From: Thermostichus sp. DRC_bins_24
GTDB taxonomy: Bacteria > Cyanobacteriota > Cyanobacteriia > Thermostichales > Thermostichaceae
Reading direction: 5' to 3'
Assembly: GCA_039794845.1 (NCBI GenBank)
Contig: JAUQVK010000052.1
Span: 1 to 39,625, forward strand
DNA: 39,625 nt
Shown piece by piece: positions 29,606 to 39,175 of the stretch. Position 1 is the first letter of the stretch, and every line of letters begins with the position of its first letter. The notes beneath the pieces were generated by a model that did not search any database, was not told the origin of the DNA, and was given only the letters and a program-made list of their open reading frames with translations. The position numbers and the translations under genes were made by a program.

Positions 29606-29947
29606 ATGAGTAACCCTGCAGAACCCACCCTTTTGGATGTCTTGAACGAAGTGCGTCTGATTCGGGAGGATGTGGCGCGAGACATTGCCCGCTTGGATCA
29701 GCGAGTGAGCCAGTTGGATCAGCGAGTGAGCCAGTTGGATCAGCGTGTGGGTCAACTGGATGAACGAGTGGGTCAACTGGATGAGCGCATCACCCAGAAC
29801 GACGAACGGCTGCGGCAGGAAGTGCAGCGCTGGGATGAGCGGTTTTTCAAATTTGCCGAAGACGCTGCCAACCGTGCCAATACCTTAATTGCGGGGGCCA
29901 CCATCAGCGTGATTGCGGGGGTAATTCTGCTCTTGTTACGGCAGTAG
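29606..29947 (+). CDS. Heptad-repeat coiled-coil protein with C-terminal TM anchor
   Basis: (LDQRVSQ)n heptads, WDERFF and a hydrophobic tail. Confidence 0.8.
   Translation: MSNPAEPTLLDVLNEVRLIREDVARDIARLDQRVSQLDQRVSQLDQRVGQLDERVGQLDERITQNDERLRQEVQRWDERFFKFAEDAANRANTLIAGATISVIAGVILLLLRQ
29693..29788 (+). repeat. 21-bp coding tandem repeat, about 4.5 copies
   Basis: TTGGATCAGCGAGTGAGCCAG twice identically, then diverging copies. Confidence 0.9.
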
Positions 29948-32164
29948 ATCCGCAGGGATGGGGTGCAGCCGTTGCGCCAGGTGAGTATACCGCCGTTGGG
30001 CATTCACCTGACGGACGGCGATGGCGATGGCTTTGGAGGTGCCCACCAGCAGGGCCAGTCGCTTAGCGCGGGTAAGGCCGGTATAGAGCAAGTTGCGGCT
30101 CAACATCGGGAAGTGCTGGGTATGGATGGGCAGAATGACAATAGGGTATTCGGAGCCTTGGGCGCGGTGAATGGTGATGGCATAGGCCAGAGCCAGTTCG
30201 TTCAAATCGGCGAAGTCGTAGGAGATGGTTCGCTCCCCGAAATCAATGTGCATCTGTTGGTCTTCCAAATCGATGCTGCGAATGCGGCCCAGATCGCCAT
30301 TAAAAATGCCCAGATCATAGTTGTTGCGCAGCTGGATCACCCGATCCCCCTCGCGGTAGAGGCGTTTGCCCCGTTCCAGTTGCGTGCGGTGGGGCTGAGG
30401 AGGATTGAGCAGCGCTTGTAGGACGGTATTCAAATGGTTGGCCCCCACCCATCCCCGGTTCATCGGGCAGAGTACCTGGAGCTGCTCCAAGGGATCCCAA
30501 TCCAACGTTCCCAACCGGGCCGGGAGCGTTTCTGTGATCAGGGTTTGGATCTGGTGCACCACCGTTTCCGGTTCAGAGGCTTCGACAAATTGACAGTCCC
30601 CGCCAAATTGGGGCAGGCGACCTTGGTTGATGCGGTGGGCATTGCTGACGATCTGGCTTTGGGCGGCTTGGCGAAACACCTGGGTTAGGTGAACCGTTGG
30701 GATCCGCCCCGAGGCCAGCCAGTCCCTTAAAACCTGGCCGGGGCCGACACTGGGGAGCTGATCTGGATCCCCCACCAACAACACCTGGGCTTGAGGAGGG
30801 ATCCCTTTGAAGAGGTTGTAGGCCAGCACCAAGTCGATCATCGAAACCTCATCGATCACCAGCGCATCGGCGGCAAGGGGATGGTCGAGATCCCGCTTGA
30901 AGCGCATCAGGCGCGGGTCGAACTCCAGCAGGCGATGGATGGTTTTTGCCTCTTGCCCGGTTACCTCTGCCAGGCGTTGGGCGGCCCGCCCGGTGGGGGA
31001 GGCTTGCAGGACGGTTTTGCCCATGGCTCGCCAGAGGGCGGTGATGGTGCGGGTGGTGGTGGTTTTGCCGGTGCCGGGGCCGCCGGTCAGGATGAAGAGG
31101 GGCTGTTGCGCCGCCATGAGAACAGCCCGGTGCTGCTCCTCCGATAGCCGGATTCCGTGGTGATCGGTGTAGCGCTCTAGCCAGTTTTGCACCCGCTGCA
31201 GATCGACTTCCAGAGGGGATCCTGGAGATGGATCGTGCAATCGTTGTTTCAGCAACTCTGCCAAGCCTACCTCAGCGGCGTACAGAGGCGGGTGATAGCA
31301 GGCAGCGAGACCATTGGGCAGCTTTTCTGCTTTGATGTGATCTTGGCGCACCAATTGACGGGCATTTTCCCGCAGGCGTTCTGGGATCCCTGCTTGGTCG
31401 GTCAATCCCAAAAGGGTGGCCGCTTGGGCGATCAGGTCTTCGATCGGCAAAAAACAGTGGCCTTCTTCGGTGGCGGTGAGCAGGGCATAGCTGAGTCCGG
31501 CTTGAAGTCGTGCATCGCTATCGGCAGGGATCCCCAGGTTTTGGGCGATCTGATCGGCGGTTTTGAAGCCAATGCCCCAAATATCCTGTGCCAATTGATA
31601 GGGGTTGTGTTGCACCGTGGCGATGGCGGCATCCCCGTAGGTTTTGAAGATTTTGACGGCGTGGGTGGTACTTACCCCGTGGGATTGCAGAAACAGCATC
31701 ACCTCCTTGATGGATTTCTGTTCTTGCCAAGCCTGCTCGATGCGTTGTACCCGGTAAGAGCCCACCCCTGGCACTTCCCGCAACCGGTCAATTTGCTGCT
31801 CGATCACCTGCAGGGTTTCCAGACCAAAATGGTTAACAATGCGCTTGGCCGTGGCGGGCCCCACCCCTTTGATCAGTCCCGAACCCAGGTACTTTTCAAT
31901 TCCCGTCAGGGTGGCCGGCTGGGTTTCTTGAAAACGGTCGGCGCTGAATTGGGATCCATATTGCGGATGCTCTTTCCAGGATCCCCACAGTTTTAGGGTT
32001 TGGCCCGGTTGAATCTGTGGAAAATAGCCCACCACTGTCACCAGATCCACTTGCCCACGCACCTGCAATCGGGCGACGGTATAGCCGTTCTCCGGGTTGT
32101 GGTAGGTGATGCGCTCGAGGATGCCCTCCAGCTCTGTGGGGGTTGTCCAGCCTTGTTGGTTCAT
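29936..32164 (-). CDS. recD2: RecD2 SF1B helicase
   Basis: KYLGSGLIKGVGP HhH, GGPGTGKTT, IDEVSM, GDPDQLPSVGPG, FRQ, NGDLG, TIHRAQGSEY and LLYTGLTRAK motifs. Confidence 0.95.
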   Translation of the reverse strand: MNQQGWTTPTELEGILERITYHNPENGYTVARLQVRGQVDLVTVVGYFPQIQPGQTLKLWGSWKEHPQYGSQFSADRFQETQPATLTGIEKYLGSGLIKGVGPATAKRIVNHFGLETLQVIEQQIDRLREVPGVGSYRVQRIEQAWQEQKSIKEVMLFLQSHGVSTTHAVKIFKTYGDAAIATVQHNPYQLAQDIWGIGFKTADQIAQNLGIPADSDARLQAGLSYALLTATEEGHCFLPIEDLIAQAATLLGLTDQAGIPERLRENARQLVRQDHIKAEKLPNGLAACYHPPLYAAEVGLAELLKQRLHDPSPGSPLEVDLQRVQNWLERYTDHHGIRLSEEQHRAVLMAAQQPLFILTGGPGTGKTTTTRTITALWRAMGKTVLQASPTGRAAQRLAEVTGQEAKTIHRLLEFDPRLMRFKRDLDHPLAADALVIDEVSMIDLVLAYNLFKGIPPQAQVLLVGDPDQLPSVGPGQVLRDWLASGRIPTVHLTQVFRQAAQSQIVSNAHRINQGRLPQFGGDCQFVEASEPETVVHQIQTLITETLPARLGTLDWDPLEQLQVLCPMNRGWVGANHLNTVLQALLNPPQPHRTQLERGKRLYREGDRVIQLRNNYDLGIFNGDLGRIRSIDLEDQQMHIDFGERTISYDFADLNELALAYAITIHRAQGSEYPIVILPIHTQHFPMLSRNLLYTGLTRAKRLALLVGTSKAIAIAVRQVNAQRRYTHLAQRLHPIPADLLP

Positions 32165-32192
32165 CAACAGTCAGGATATTTCACATCAAGAA

Positions 32193-33350
32193 TCATGAAC
32201 CCGATTCCTCGGTAAGGACTTCTGCAATGGCCACCGCCACCCGCTCCTGTTGTTGGCTCGTCAGTTCAGGGAAACAGGGCAAGGACAACACTTGGGCGGC
32301 ACAGGTTTCCGCATTGGGCAGATCCCCAGGCTTGTAGCCCAGCCTTTGATATACCGGTTGTAAATGTAAGGGGATGGGGTAGTAAATGCGGCTGCCAATG
32401 CCCCGATCCTTCAGGTGCTGTTGCAAATCATCCCGGCAATGGGGATCCGTCGGATCCGGGCTGGGGACACGCACCGTGTATTGATGCCAAACAGAGTTCC
32501 CTCCCACTGTCAAGCTGGGCAGGATCAAGCCGGGGATCCCCTGTAACAGGCGATGGTAGTACTCAGCGATCCCCTGTCGCCGCCAGTTCCACTCCCGCAA
32601 ATAGGGCAACTTTACCGATAAAATCACCGCCTGTAGCGCGTCAAGGCGGCTATTGATGCCGATCTGAGCATGTTGGTACTGCCGAACTTGGCCGTGTTCT
32701 TTGAGAATGCGTATTTGACGGGCCAATGCGGGATCCCGGGTCACCACTGCCCCGCCGTCTCCAGCCGCCCCCAAGTTTTTGGTAGGAAAAAAGCTGAAGC
32801 AGCCGACATCCCCCCAGGTGCCAACGGGCTTGCCCCCCCAGCAGGCCCCGACCGCTTGGGCACAATCTTCGATGACCGCCAGCCGATGCCGCCGCGCAAC
32901 AGCAAGAACCTCCGTCATGGGGGCCGCCCGGCCGAACAGATGTACCGGAATCACGGCCTTGGTGCGGGGGGAAATTTTCGCTTCCAGAAGCCCTGGATCG
33001 AGATTGAAACTCTGGGGATCCACATCCACGAAAACAGGGCGTGCTCCCACCCAATCGATCGCCTCCGCAGAGGCAAAAAAGCTAAAAGCCGTGGTGATCA
33101 CCTCATCCCCTGGCTGGATCCCGAGGGCCCGTAAGGCAAGCACCAAGGCATCGGTGCCGGAATTGCAGCCAATGGCTTCCAGATCGCCCCCCCCCAAAAA
33201 TTGCGCAAACAGCTCCTCAAAGTGCCGCACAGCAGCCCCACCGACGTACTGTCCGGAGGCCAGCAGGGCTTCCACCTGAGGCTGAAGCTCAGCAGCCAAG
33301 GCACGGTATTGCAGGGTTAAATCCAGCAGCGGGATAGGTTCATCCGTCAT
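32193..33350 (-). CDS. DegT/DnrJ/EryC1/StrS sugar aminotransferase
   Basis: CNSGTDAL, IEDCAQA, SFFPTKNLG..GDGG and NSRLDALQA motifs. Confidence 0.94.
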   Translation of the reverse strand: MTDEPIPLLDLTLQYRALAAELQPQVEALLASGQYVGGAAVRHFEELFAQFLGGGDLEAIGCNSGTDALVLALRALGIQPGDEVITTAFSFFASAEAIDWVGARPVFVDVDPQSFNLDPGLLEAKISPRTKAVIPVHLFGRAAPMTEVLAVARRHRLAVIEDCAQAVGACWGGKPVGTWGDVGCFSFFPTKNLGAAGDGGAVVTRDPALARQIRILKEHGQVRQYQHAQIGINSRLDALQAVILSVKLPYLREWNWRRQGIAEYYHRLLQGIPGLILPSLTVGGNSVWHQYTVRVPSPDPTDPHCRDDLQQHLKDRGIGSRIYYPIPLHLQPVYQRLGYKPGDLPNAETCAAQVLSLPCFPELTSQQQERVAVAIAEVLTEESGS

Positions 33351-33660
33351 GGCTCTGCCTCTGGCTGCCTCATCCAATTCCCGAGGATAGGATCCCGCCT
33401 AGGATGGGAAGTCGGCAACTCCTCTCGCCTCTGAACAGTTACCCGATCCACCTGCACGAGCAGTTGCTCTATTCGCCCAAGTCGACTTTCTGTACCGGCC
33501 CTGGCCATGCGGAGTTTGATTTTGGATCGTTCTCTCGTAGCTTATCTTCTGGGTGTGTCGATTGGATCCCATCCCGATCCGAATCTGAGATAAAGTTGAC
33601 GCGGTGTGTCCCTGGTCAGGGATCCCATCGGCTGGATATGGCCATCTATTAGGATGCTCT

Positions 33661-34668
33661 ATGCAGGATGCTTCTCTACAAGTTCGCGGTAGCGTGCCCT
33701 TGGCACCCAGAATTCTGGCCCTTGTCCCTGGAGGGATCGGCGACCAAATTCTCTTCTTCCCCACCCTGGCGGGTTTGCGGCAACGGTTCCCGGAGGCCGA
33801 GATTGAGGTGATGGTGGAGCCGCGGGCGGTTTCCGCCTATGAAGTTTGCCCCTCGGTGAATAGGGTGCTGACCTTCCCCTTTAAGGAGCAGATCTCGTTG
33901 GGTGATCTCAGCGATCTGTTGGGGCGGATTCGGGAGCGGCAGTACGATGCGGTGCTGAGCCTAGGGAAAGGGATTGGCGCAAAACTGCTGCTCTGGCTGA
34001 CCGGGATCCCGAAGCGGGTTGGGTATGCCCCGCCAGGGAAGCCTTGGCTCACCGATCCGGTACCCTTGAAGTCCGCCCAGTATGCGGCGGAAATGTACCA
34101 CGACCTGTTGCAGGGGTTTGGCATTTTCTCCAAGGCTGGGATCCCACAAATTCGCCTGAAAAAATCAGACCTAGAATGGGCAGAACAAGAACGCAAGCGC
34201 CTTCTGGGGGATCCGGGCAAAGATTACGTGCTGCTGCACCCCGGAGCCAGTCAACTGTCGGTGCAAAAAGGGATCCTGAAAATTTACCCCCCTGCCAACT
34301 GGGTTAAGGTGATCCAAGGCTTTCGGGAAAAACGGCCCGAGCTGCCGCTGGTGTTGGTATTGGGGCCAGAGGATGAGAAGCTGGCGGATGGCTTCCTGTC
34401 GCAACTGCCGGATTTGCCGCTGAGTCGGCCTGCCCAACTGGGACAACTGGCGGCCCTGATCGCAGGGGCAACACTGCTGTTGTGTACCGATAGCGCCCCG
34501 ATGCACTTGGCGGTTGCCACCCAAACCCCTCTCGTGGCTCTGTTCGGCCCAACGGATCCGGCGCGGTTGTTGCCCTCAGAAGGGCCTTTTCGGGCGGTCA
34601 CTGCTGCGGATGGGGTGATCGATTCCATTCCGGCTGAGCAGATTCTGCAGGTGATCTTCCCAAACTAG
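33661..34668 (+). CDS. Glycosyltransferase family 9 (RfaF-like)
   Basis: RILALVPGGIGDQIL, LLHPGAS, TDSAPMHLA and ALFGPT motifs. Confidence 0.92.
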   Translation: MQDASLQVRGSVPLAPRILALVPGGIGDQILFFPTLAGLRQRFPEAEIEVMVEPRAVSAYEVCPSVNRVLTFPFKEQISLGDLSDLLGRIRERQYDAVLSLGKGIGAKLLLWLTGIPKRVGYAPPGKPWLTDPVPLKSAQYAAEMYHDLLQGFGIFSKAGIPQIRLKKSDLEWAEQERKRLLGDPGKDYVLLHPGASQLSVQKGILKIYPPANWVKVIQGFREKRPELPLVLVLGPEDEKLADGFLSQLPDLPLSRPAQLGQLAALIAGATLLLCTDSAPMHLAVATQTPLVALFGPTDPARLLPSEGPFRAVTAADGVIDSIPAEQILQVIFPN

Positions 34669-34672
34669 GGCC

Positions 34673-35656
34673 ATGCTCACTTTAGAGGATGTTTATGCCG
34701 CCCAGGAACGGATTGGGCCACGGATTCACCGCACACCGATCCACAGCAGCCGCTCCTTAAATCGTCTAGTTGGGGCTCAGGTTTTCTGTAAGGCGGAATC
34801 GTTTCAGCGGGGCGGTTCGTTTAAGGTGCGCGGGGCAATGAACTTCCTCTCCAGCGTGGAGGAAGGATCCCGTCGGCGCGGGGTGGTGGCCTTCTCTTCT
34901 GGAAACCATGCCCAGGGGGTAGCGATTGCGGCGGCGGCGTTCGGGATCCCGGCAACCCTAGTCATGCCCAGGGACGCCCCCCAGGCCAAGATTCGGGCCA
35001 CGCAAAGTTATGGGGCGGAAATCCACTTTTATGACCGCCAAAGAGAAGACCGGGAAGCCCTAGCCCAGCAGCTGGCAGCCGAGCGCGGAGCCCTGCTCGT
35101 TCCGCCCTACGATGACCTGCGCATTATGGCCGGACAGGGAACCTGTGCCCTGGAGTTTTTGCAGCAGGTGCCTGAATTGGATGCACTGGTGGTGCCCCTG
35201 GGGGGTGGAGGTTTGCTCAGCGGCTGTGGGGTGGTGGCCAAGGCCCTCCATCCCAAGATTCGCCTCTACGGGGTGGAGCCGGAAAGCGGCAACGACTATG
35301 CCCTCTCCCTGCAACAAGGGGAACGGGTGCGGATCCCTCTGCCCGATACGATTGCCGACGGGATCCGCACCACCTGCCCAGGGATCCATCCTTTTCCAGT
35401 GATTCAGCGCTGGGTGGATGAGGTGGTGCTGGTGAAGGATGCGGAGATCCTACAGGCCATGCAGCTGCTGCTGACCCGCATGAAGTTGGTGATCGAGCCG
35501 ACGGGGGCGGTGGGGGTAGCCGCTCTTCTGGCCAGAAAAATCACTCTGCCTGGGCAACGGATTGGAGTGGTTCTCTCCGGCGGCAATGTGGATGCCGAAA
35601 TCCTGGCTTTGGCCTTGCAATCCGGTCATTCTAGCCATGCGGACGAAGGGACTTGA
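34673..35656 (+). CDS. PLP-dependent Ser/Thr dehydratase family enzyme (hydroxyaspartate ammonia-lyase-like)
   Basis: KAESFQRGGSFKVRGA, FSSGNHAQG, GGGGL and LSGGN motifs; no regulatory domain. Confidence 0.92.
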   Translation: MLTLEDVYAAQERIGPRIHRTPIHSSRSLNRLVGAQVFCKAESFQRGGSFKVRGAMNFLSSVEEGSRRRGVVAFSSGNHAQGVAIAAAAFGIPATLVMPRDAPQAKIRATQSYGAEIHFYDRQREDREALAQQLAAERGALLVPPYDDLRIMAGQGTCALEFLQQVPELDALVVPLGGGGLLSGCGVVAKALHPKIRLYGVEPESGNDYALSLQQGERVRIPLPDTIADGIRTTCPGIHPFPVIQRWVDEVVLVKDAEILQAMQLLLTRMKLVIEPTGAVGVAALLARKITLPGQRIGVVLSGGNVDAEILALALQSGHSSHADEGT

Positions 35657-35718
35657 ACCCTTACACCTTGCGGTACTAGATCCTAAGTCTAGCGCGTCTG
35701 CCATTCCGCCACGTCCGC
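35638..35718 (-). tRNA. trnL: tRNA-Leu(TAG)
   Basis: Reverse complement GCGGACGTGGCGGAATGGCAGACGCGCTAGACTTAGGATCTAGTACCGCAAGGTGTAAGGGTTCAAGTCCCTTCGTCCGCA has a long variable arm and anticodon TAG. Confidence 0.96.
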
Positions 35719-35769
35719 AAACCGGGGAACCACCGGGGATCCCGCTCAACGATATTAACCCAGGCCCTG

Positions 35770-36741
35770 CTAACCGGGTAACTGAGCCACTGCAATCTTC
35801 AGATCATTTGTGGCATCCAGAACCACCCAGTCTTGTCCGGCGGCCCGCTTCCACAGCTCAAAATGCAAATGTGGCCCGGTCACCTCTCCGCTCGCCCCCA
35901 CATAGCCAATCACGGATCCCTGTTCCACCACATCCCCGGCAGCTACAGCGACCTTAGACATATGTCCATAGCGGGTGCGCTGTTGGCCCGCGTGTTCCAA
36001 CACCACGGCAATGCCCAACCCCCCCAACGATCCGGAAGCCACCACCTTGCCGCTAAAAGAGGCCAAGATCGGTGTGCCCATACTGGCCCCCAAATCCACC
36101 CCGGCATGAAACTCCGGCTGCCCTCGAATCGGGTGTATGCGCATACCGAACCCCGACGTGATCGGCACAGGATGGGGCAAAGGATACAGCAAGCGCTCGT
36201 CACCCGACGCCAACTCAGGCAAAGCCGGTGTTTCAGGTTCAGGGTCTTGAGGTTGGTTGGGATCCTCAATGCGGATCTCTTGTCCCGGAGAAATAATGAT
36301 GCGGCGACCGGAGGCCCGTTCCATCAGCACCACCGGCACCACAATTGGGTTGTCCGAATCGGGAGGAGCCGCTAAATCGCGGGTTTCTTCCGGCTCAAGG
36401 ACGATTTCTCGACCCACCACCGTCTCGGTACGGGTTTCCGCCTCCAGGGTTAGGGGTTCGTTGGGTTCCAGGGTAGAAGTCGTGGTCTCCAGATTGCTGT
36501 CTGGCATCGGAATGGATCCATCCAACAGCAAGGCAGCAGCCCCAGGAGTATCCAGAGCCGGTTCAACCACAGGTGGTGGAGGTAAACGGTTCGGTTGCGG
36601 TTGGGCCAGAAGGGTGGTGGGATAAAGCCAGAGCAGACCAAGCCCCAGCCCCAGCCCAAAGCTTAGCCGTCGCAGCTGCCGAGATTGCGGAAAAAAAAGT
36701 CGCAAGGCCGCCAACAAGGGATCCATCACCGGTTTCAACAC
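35770..36741 (-). CDS. M23 family metallopeptidase
   Basis: ITSGFGMRIHP, HAGVD, YGHM and TGPHLHFE motifs; N-terminal hydrophobic signal. Confidence 0.92.
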   Translation of the reverse strand: MLKPVMDPLLAALRLFFPQSRQLRRLSFGLGLGLGLLWLYPTTLLAQPQPNRLPPPPVVEPALDTPGAAALLLDGSIPMPDSNLETTTSTLEPNEPLTLEAETRTETVVGREIVLEPEETRDLAAPPDSDNPIVVPVVLMERASGRRIIISPGQEIRIEDPNQPQDPEPETPALPELASGDERLLYPLPHPVPITSGFGMRIHPIRGQPEFHAGVDLGASMGTPILASFSGKVVASGSLGGLGIAVVLEHAGQQRTRYGHMSKVAVAAGDVVEQGSVIGYVGASGEVTGPHLHFELWKRAAGQDWVVLDATNDLKIAVAQLPG

Positions 36742-36759
36742 AGGCCACTCAGGGAAAGA

Positions 36760-37611
36760 CTACAGGCTGTCAGGAACGGGAATGTGATAGCTGAAGCGCA
36801 CTTGGTGGGGGGAAAGGGTCAAAATGGTCTCCCGCCGGGGGGACGCGCTCTCCCCTTGTGTTTGTACCCGGATCCTCCCATCCGCGGCAAGGCCCAAAAC
36901 CGTGGCAACGGCCTCTCCTTGGGACCACTCCAGCTGCGGTTGCACCATCCAGTCTTCGTACTCAGAGCGGATGGTGGCCAATCCTGACTGCTGCCAGGTG
37001 CGAAAGCCGCGCTCCATGCCCCCCAAAACCAGGGCTCCGATTTCGGTGCGATCCTGCTGGGATCCCAGCACCCGAGCCAGGGTGATTGCCCCTTCCGGAA
37101 CCGGATTGTTCAGATTCAACCCCAAACCCGCCACCAAACCCAGCAGTTGGCCGGCCCCCCCAAAGCGGCTCTGGAGCAGCAGCCCCCCCAGCTTCAGCAA
37201 GCACCCAGGGCGCTCCTCATCCAGCCAGACCAGATCGTTCGGCCACTTCAACCGCAGCGGGATCCCCAGCCTTTGCCGCAACGACCCAACCACTCCCCAA
37301 GCTAAGGCCAAGGTTAACTGCAGCAAAGACTCATCCAGGGGCCGGGATCCCAGCCCGTCAGGCCCGCCGGGGCCCAGCCATACCGATAAGTACAGCCCCC
37401 CCGGCTCAGACTGCCAAACCCGTCCGTGTTGTCCTTTTCCAGCCCATTGGCGGGTACTGACCAAGACGGTGCCCACTGGCAGCGGCTGGGGAAATTGGCG
37501 GCCCCAGTCGAGGAGCAAGCGGTTGGTAGAATCGGTGGCAGCCACCTGCAGGAGGTACTGGCCCCAAGCCCCTTGGCCCACCAGGGATCCCAGCCGCAGG
37601 GGGGATAACAT
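36760..37611 (-). CDS. birA: Biotin--[acetyl-CoA-carboxylase] ligase
   Basis: DSTN, Q.AGKGQ.GR.W.S..GGLY, KWPND, KLGGLL and GLGLN motifs; no HTH. Confidence 0.9.
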   Translation of the reverse strand: MLSPLRLGSLVGQGAWGQYLLQVAATDSTNRLLLDWGRQFPQPLPVGTVLVSTRQWAGKGQHGRVWQSEPGGLYLSVWLGPGGPDGLGSRPLDESLLQLTLALAWGVVGSLRQRLGIPLRLKWPNDLVWLDEERPGCLLKLGGLLLQSRFGGAGQLLGLVAGLGLNLNNPVPEGAITLARVLGSQQDRTEIGALVLGGMERGFRTWQQSGLATIRSEYEDWMVQPQLEWSQGEAVATVLGLAADGRIRVQTQGESASPRRETILTLSPHQVRFSYHIPVPDSL

Positions 37612-37621
37612 CCGCCTAAAC

Positions 37622-38254
37622 TCAGCTCAACACGATATCTTCCGCCGGACGCTGGGCCAGCCGCTTCAGGTTTTGGTAGCGCAGCATATCCAGCAACTCA
37701 TTGCCGGAGCGCCCCTCCAAGCGGGCCTCCACGTGCAGAGCCTGTCCCAAAGCTTCCACCGCCTGGAGCCGCGGGATCCCGCGCAGCACCATGCGATCGA
37801 CGGCATAGGCATCGGCAGCCAGCAGGCGTCGGTCATTGGTTTGGTCGCGGCGCAACTGCCAGAGGGCCAAGCCACTCAAACCACCCGAAACCGTCGCCCC
37901 CACCGGATCCTGTTGGACGGCCTCGAAAATCAGGCTCAAGCCCCCCAGCGCCGCCATGGCCAGGTAAAAATCAATCTGGCGCGACACGGCCCGACTGTAG
38001 TAGCCCACCTTGTGCAGAAACAACCCCGCCCGCTGTATCGGTGTAAACTGTCGCCATTCATAGGGCTTAATGAACAGCCGCATCTGTCGTTCCCAGGGCA
38101 TTTGCCGCCGACCCTTGATCACCGAGGTTTGCCGTTCCGGGGCAGGCAGAATTTTCACGCTTTCCCGCATACTGGCAGGGAGCAAATCCAGCAGACGGTC
38201 GATCTCAGCCTGCTCAAGAATGTGGTTTTCGTAGCCGTAATACTCTGTATTCAT
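37622..38254 (-). CDS. DUF3318 family protein
   Basis: [14 protein letters not shown]...AD..A...EARLEGR...R.QNL pattern with 2 TM segments. Confidence 0.8.
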   Translation of the reverse strand: MNTEYYGYENHILEQAEIDRLLDLLPASMRESVKILPAPERQTSVIKGRRQMPWERQMRLFIKPYEWRQFTPIQRAGLFLHKVGYYSRAVSRQIDFYLAMAALGGLSLIFEAVQQDPVGATVSGGLSGLALWQLRRDQTNDRRLLAADAYAVDRMVLRGIPRLQAVEALGQALHVEARLEGRSGNELLDMLRYQNLKRLAQRPAEDIVLS

Positions 38255-38988
38255 GCCGGGCCTACCCCTGAGCTTAATCCCATTGCCTGACGCATCTCTC
38301 GCACCGCCCGATCCAACCCCACCAGTACCGCTCGACTGACAATGCTATGGCCAATGTTCAGCTCCTCCATGCCGGGGATCCGCGCCACCGGGCCGACATT
38401 CCAGTAGGTGAGCCCATGCCCCGCGTTCACCCGCAAGCCGAGATCGATGGCCTGTTGGCTGGCCTCTTCTAGGTGGTTGAGTTCCACCTCCCGCTCCGTT
38501 CCCGGGGAGGCTTCAGCATAGCGCCCTGTATGCAGTTCGATCCACTGGGATCCCACCTGGGCGGCGGCTGCAATCTGGGTCGGATCCGGGTCGATAAACA
38601 GGCTGACGGGAATGCCGGATCCCTGCAATTGGCTCACCACATCGCCAAGACGCGACATCTGCCCTGCCACATTCAGTCCTCCCTCGGTGGTCACCTCTTC
38701 TCGCCGCTCCGGCACCAATGTGACGTAGTCGGGTTTGAGCTCGAGGGCAATTCGCACCATCTCATCGGTGGCCGCCATTTCTAGGTTGAGATGGGTGCGC
38801 ACGGTTTGCCGCAGCAGGCGCACATCCCGGTCTTGAATGTGGCGGCGATCCTCGCGCAAATGCACCGTGATGCCATCTGCCCCCGCCAATTCCGCAATCA
38901 CTGCAGCTGCCACCGGATCAGGCTCTACGGTACGACGCGCCTGTCGAACGGTGGCGATGTGATCAATGTTGACTCCGAGACTTAACAA
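38251..38988 (-). CDS. pdxJ: Pyridoxine 5'-phosphate synthase
   Basis: [35 protein letters not shown] and ELNIGH motifs. Confidence 0.97.
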   Translation of the reverse strand: MLSLGVNIDHIATVRQARRTVEPDPVAAAVIAELAGADGITVHLREDRRHIQDRDVRLLRQTVRTHLNLEMAATDEMVRIALELKPDYVTLVPERREEVTTEGGLNVAGQMSRLGDVVSQLQGSGIPVSLFIDPDPTQIAAAAQVGSQWIELHTGRYAEASPGTEREVELNHLEEASQQAIDLGLRVNAGHGLTYWNVGPVARIPGMEELNIGHSIVSRAVLVGLDRAVREMRQAMGLSSGVGPA

Positions 38989-39175
38989 AGGTTTGGCTAC
39001 TTTCGCTGCGAGGGGTTTGAAGATGGTTTTAATTTTACACTTTAGTCAATTGGTGCTGGTTGTGCCGGTCAGACAAGTCAGGCTGCCATCGCTGCCATCC
39101 ATGAAGATCACATACCACTCTATAGACTACAGTGATGAGGAACGATGTCCCACCTAGGTGGGATCTGGGCTTGCC

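Noticed and set aside
29474..29776. Minus-strand ORF with LIQLAHS repeats
   Set aside because: It is the antisense reading of the 21-bp coding repeat.
27581..32164. ABC exporter, coiled-coil and RecD2 as a defence island
   Set aside because: The orientations are mixed, composition and GGGATCCC density are host-like, and there are no nuclease or toxin partners.
36824..38290. 488-aa plus-strand ORF
   Set aside because: It is an antisense shadow of birA and DUF3318 with no motifs.
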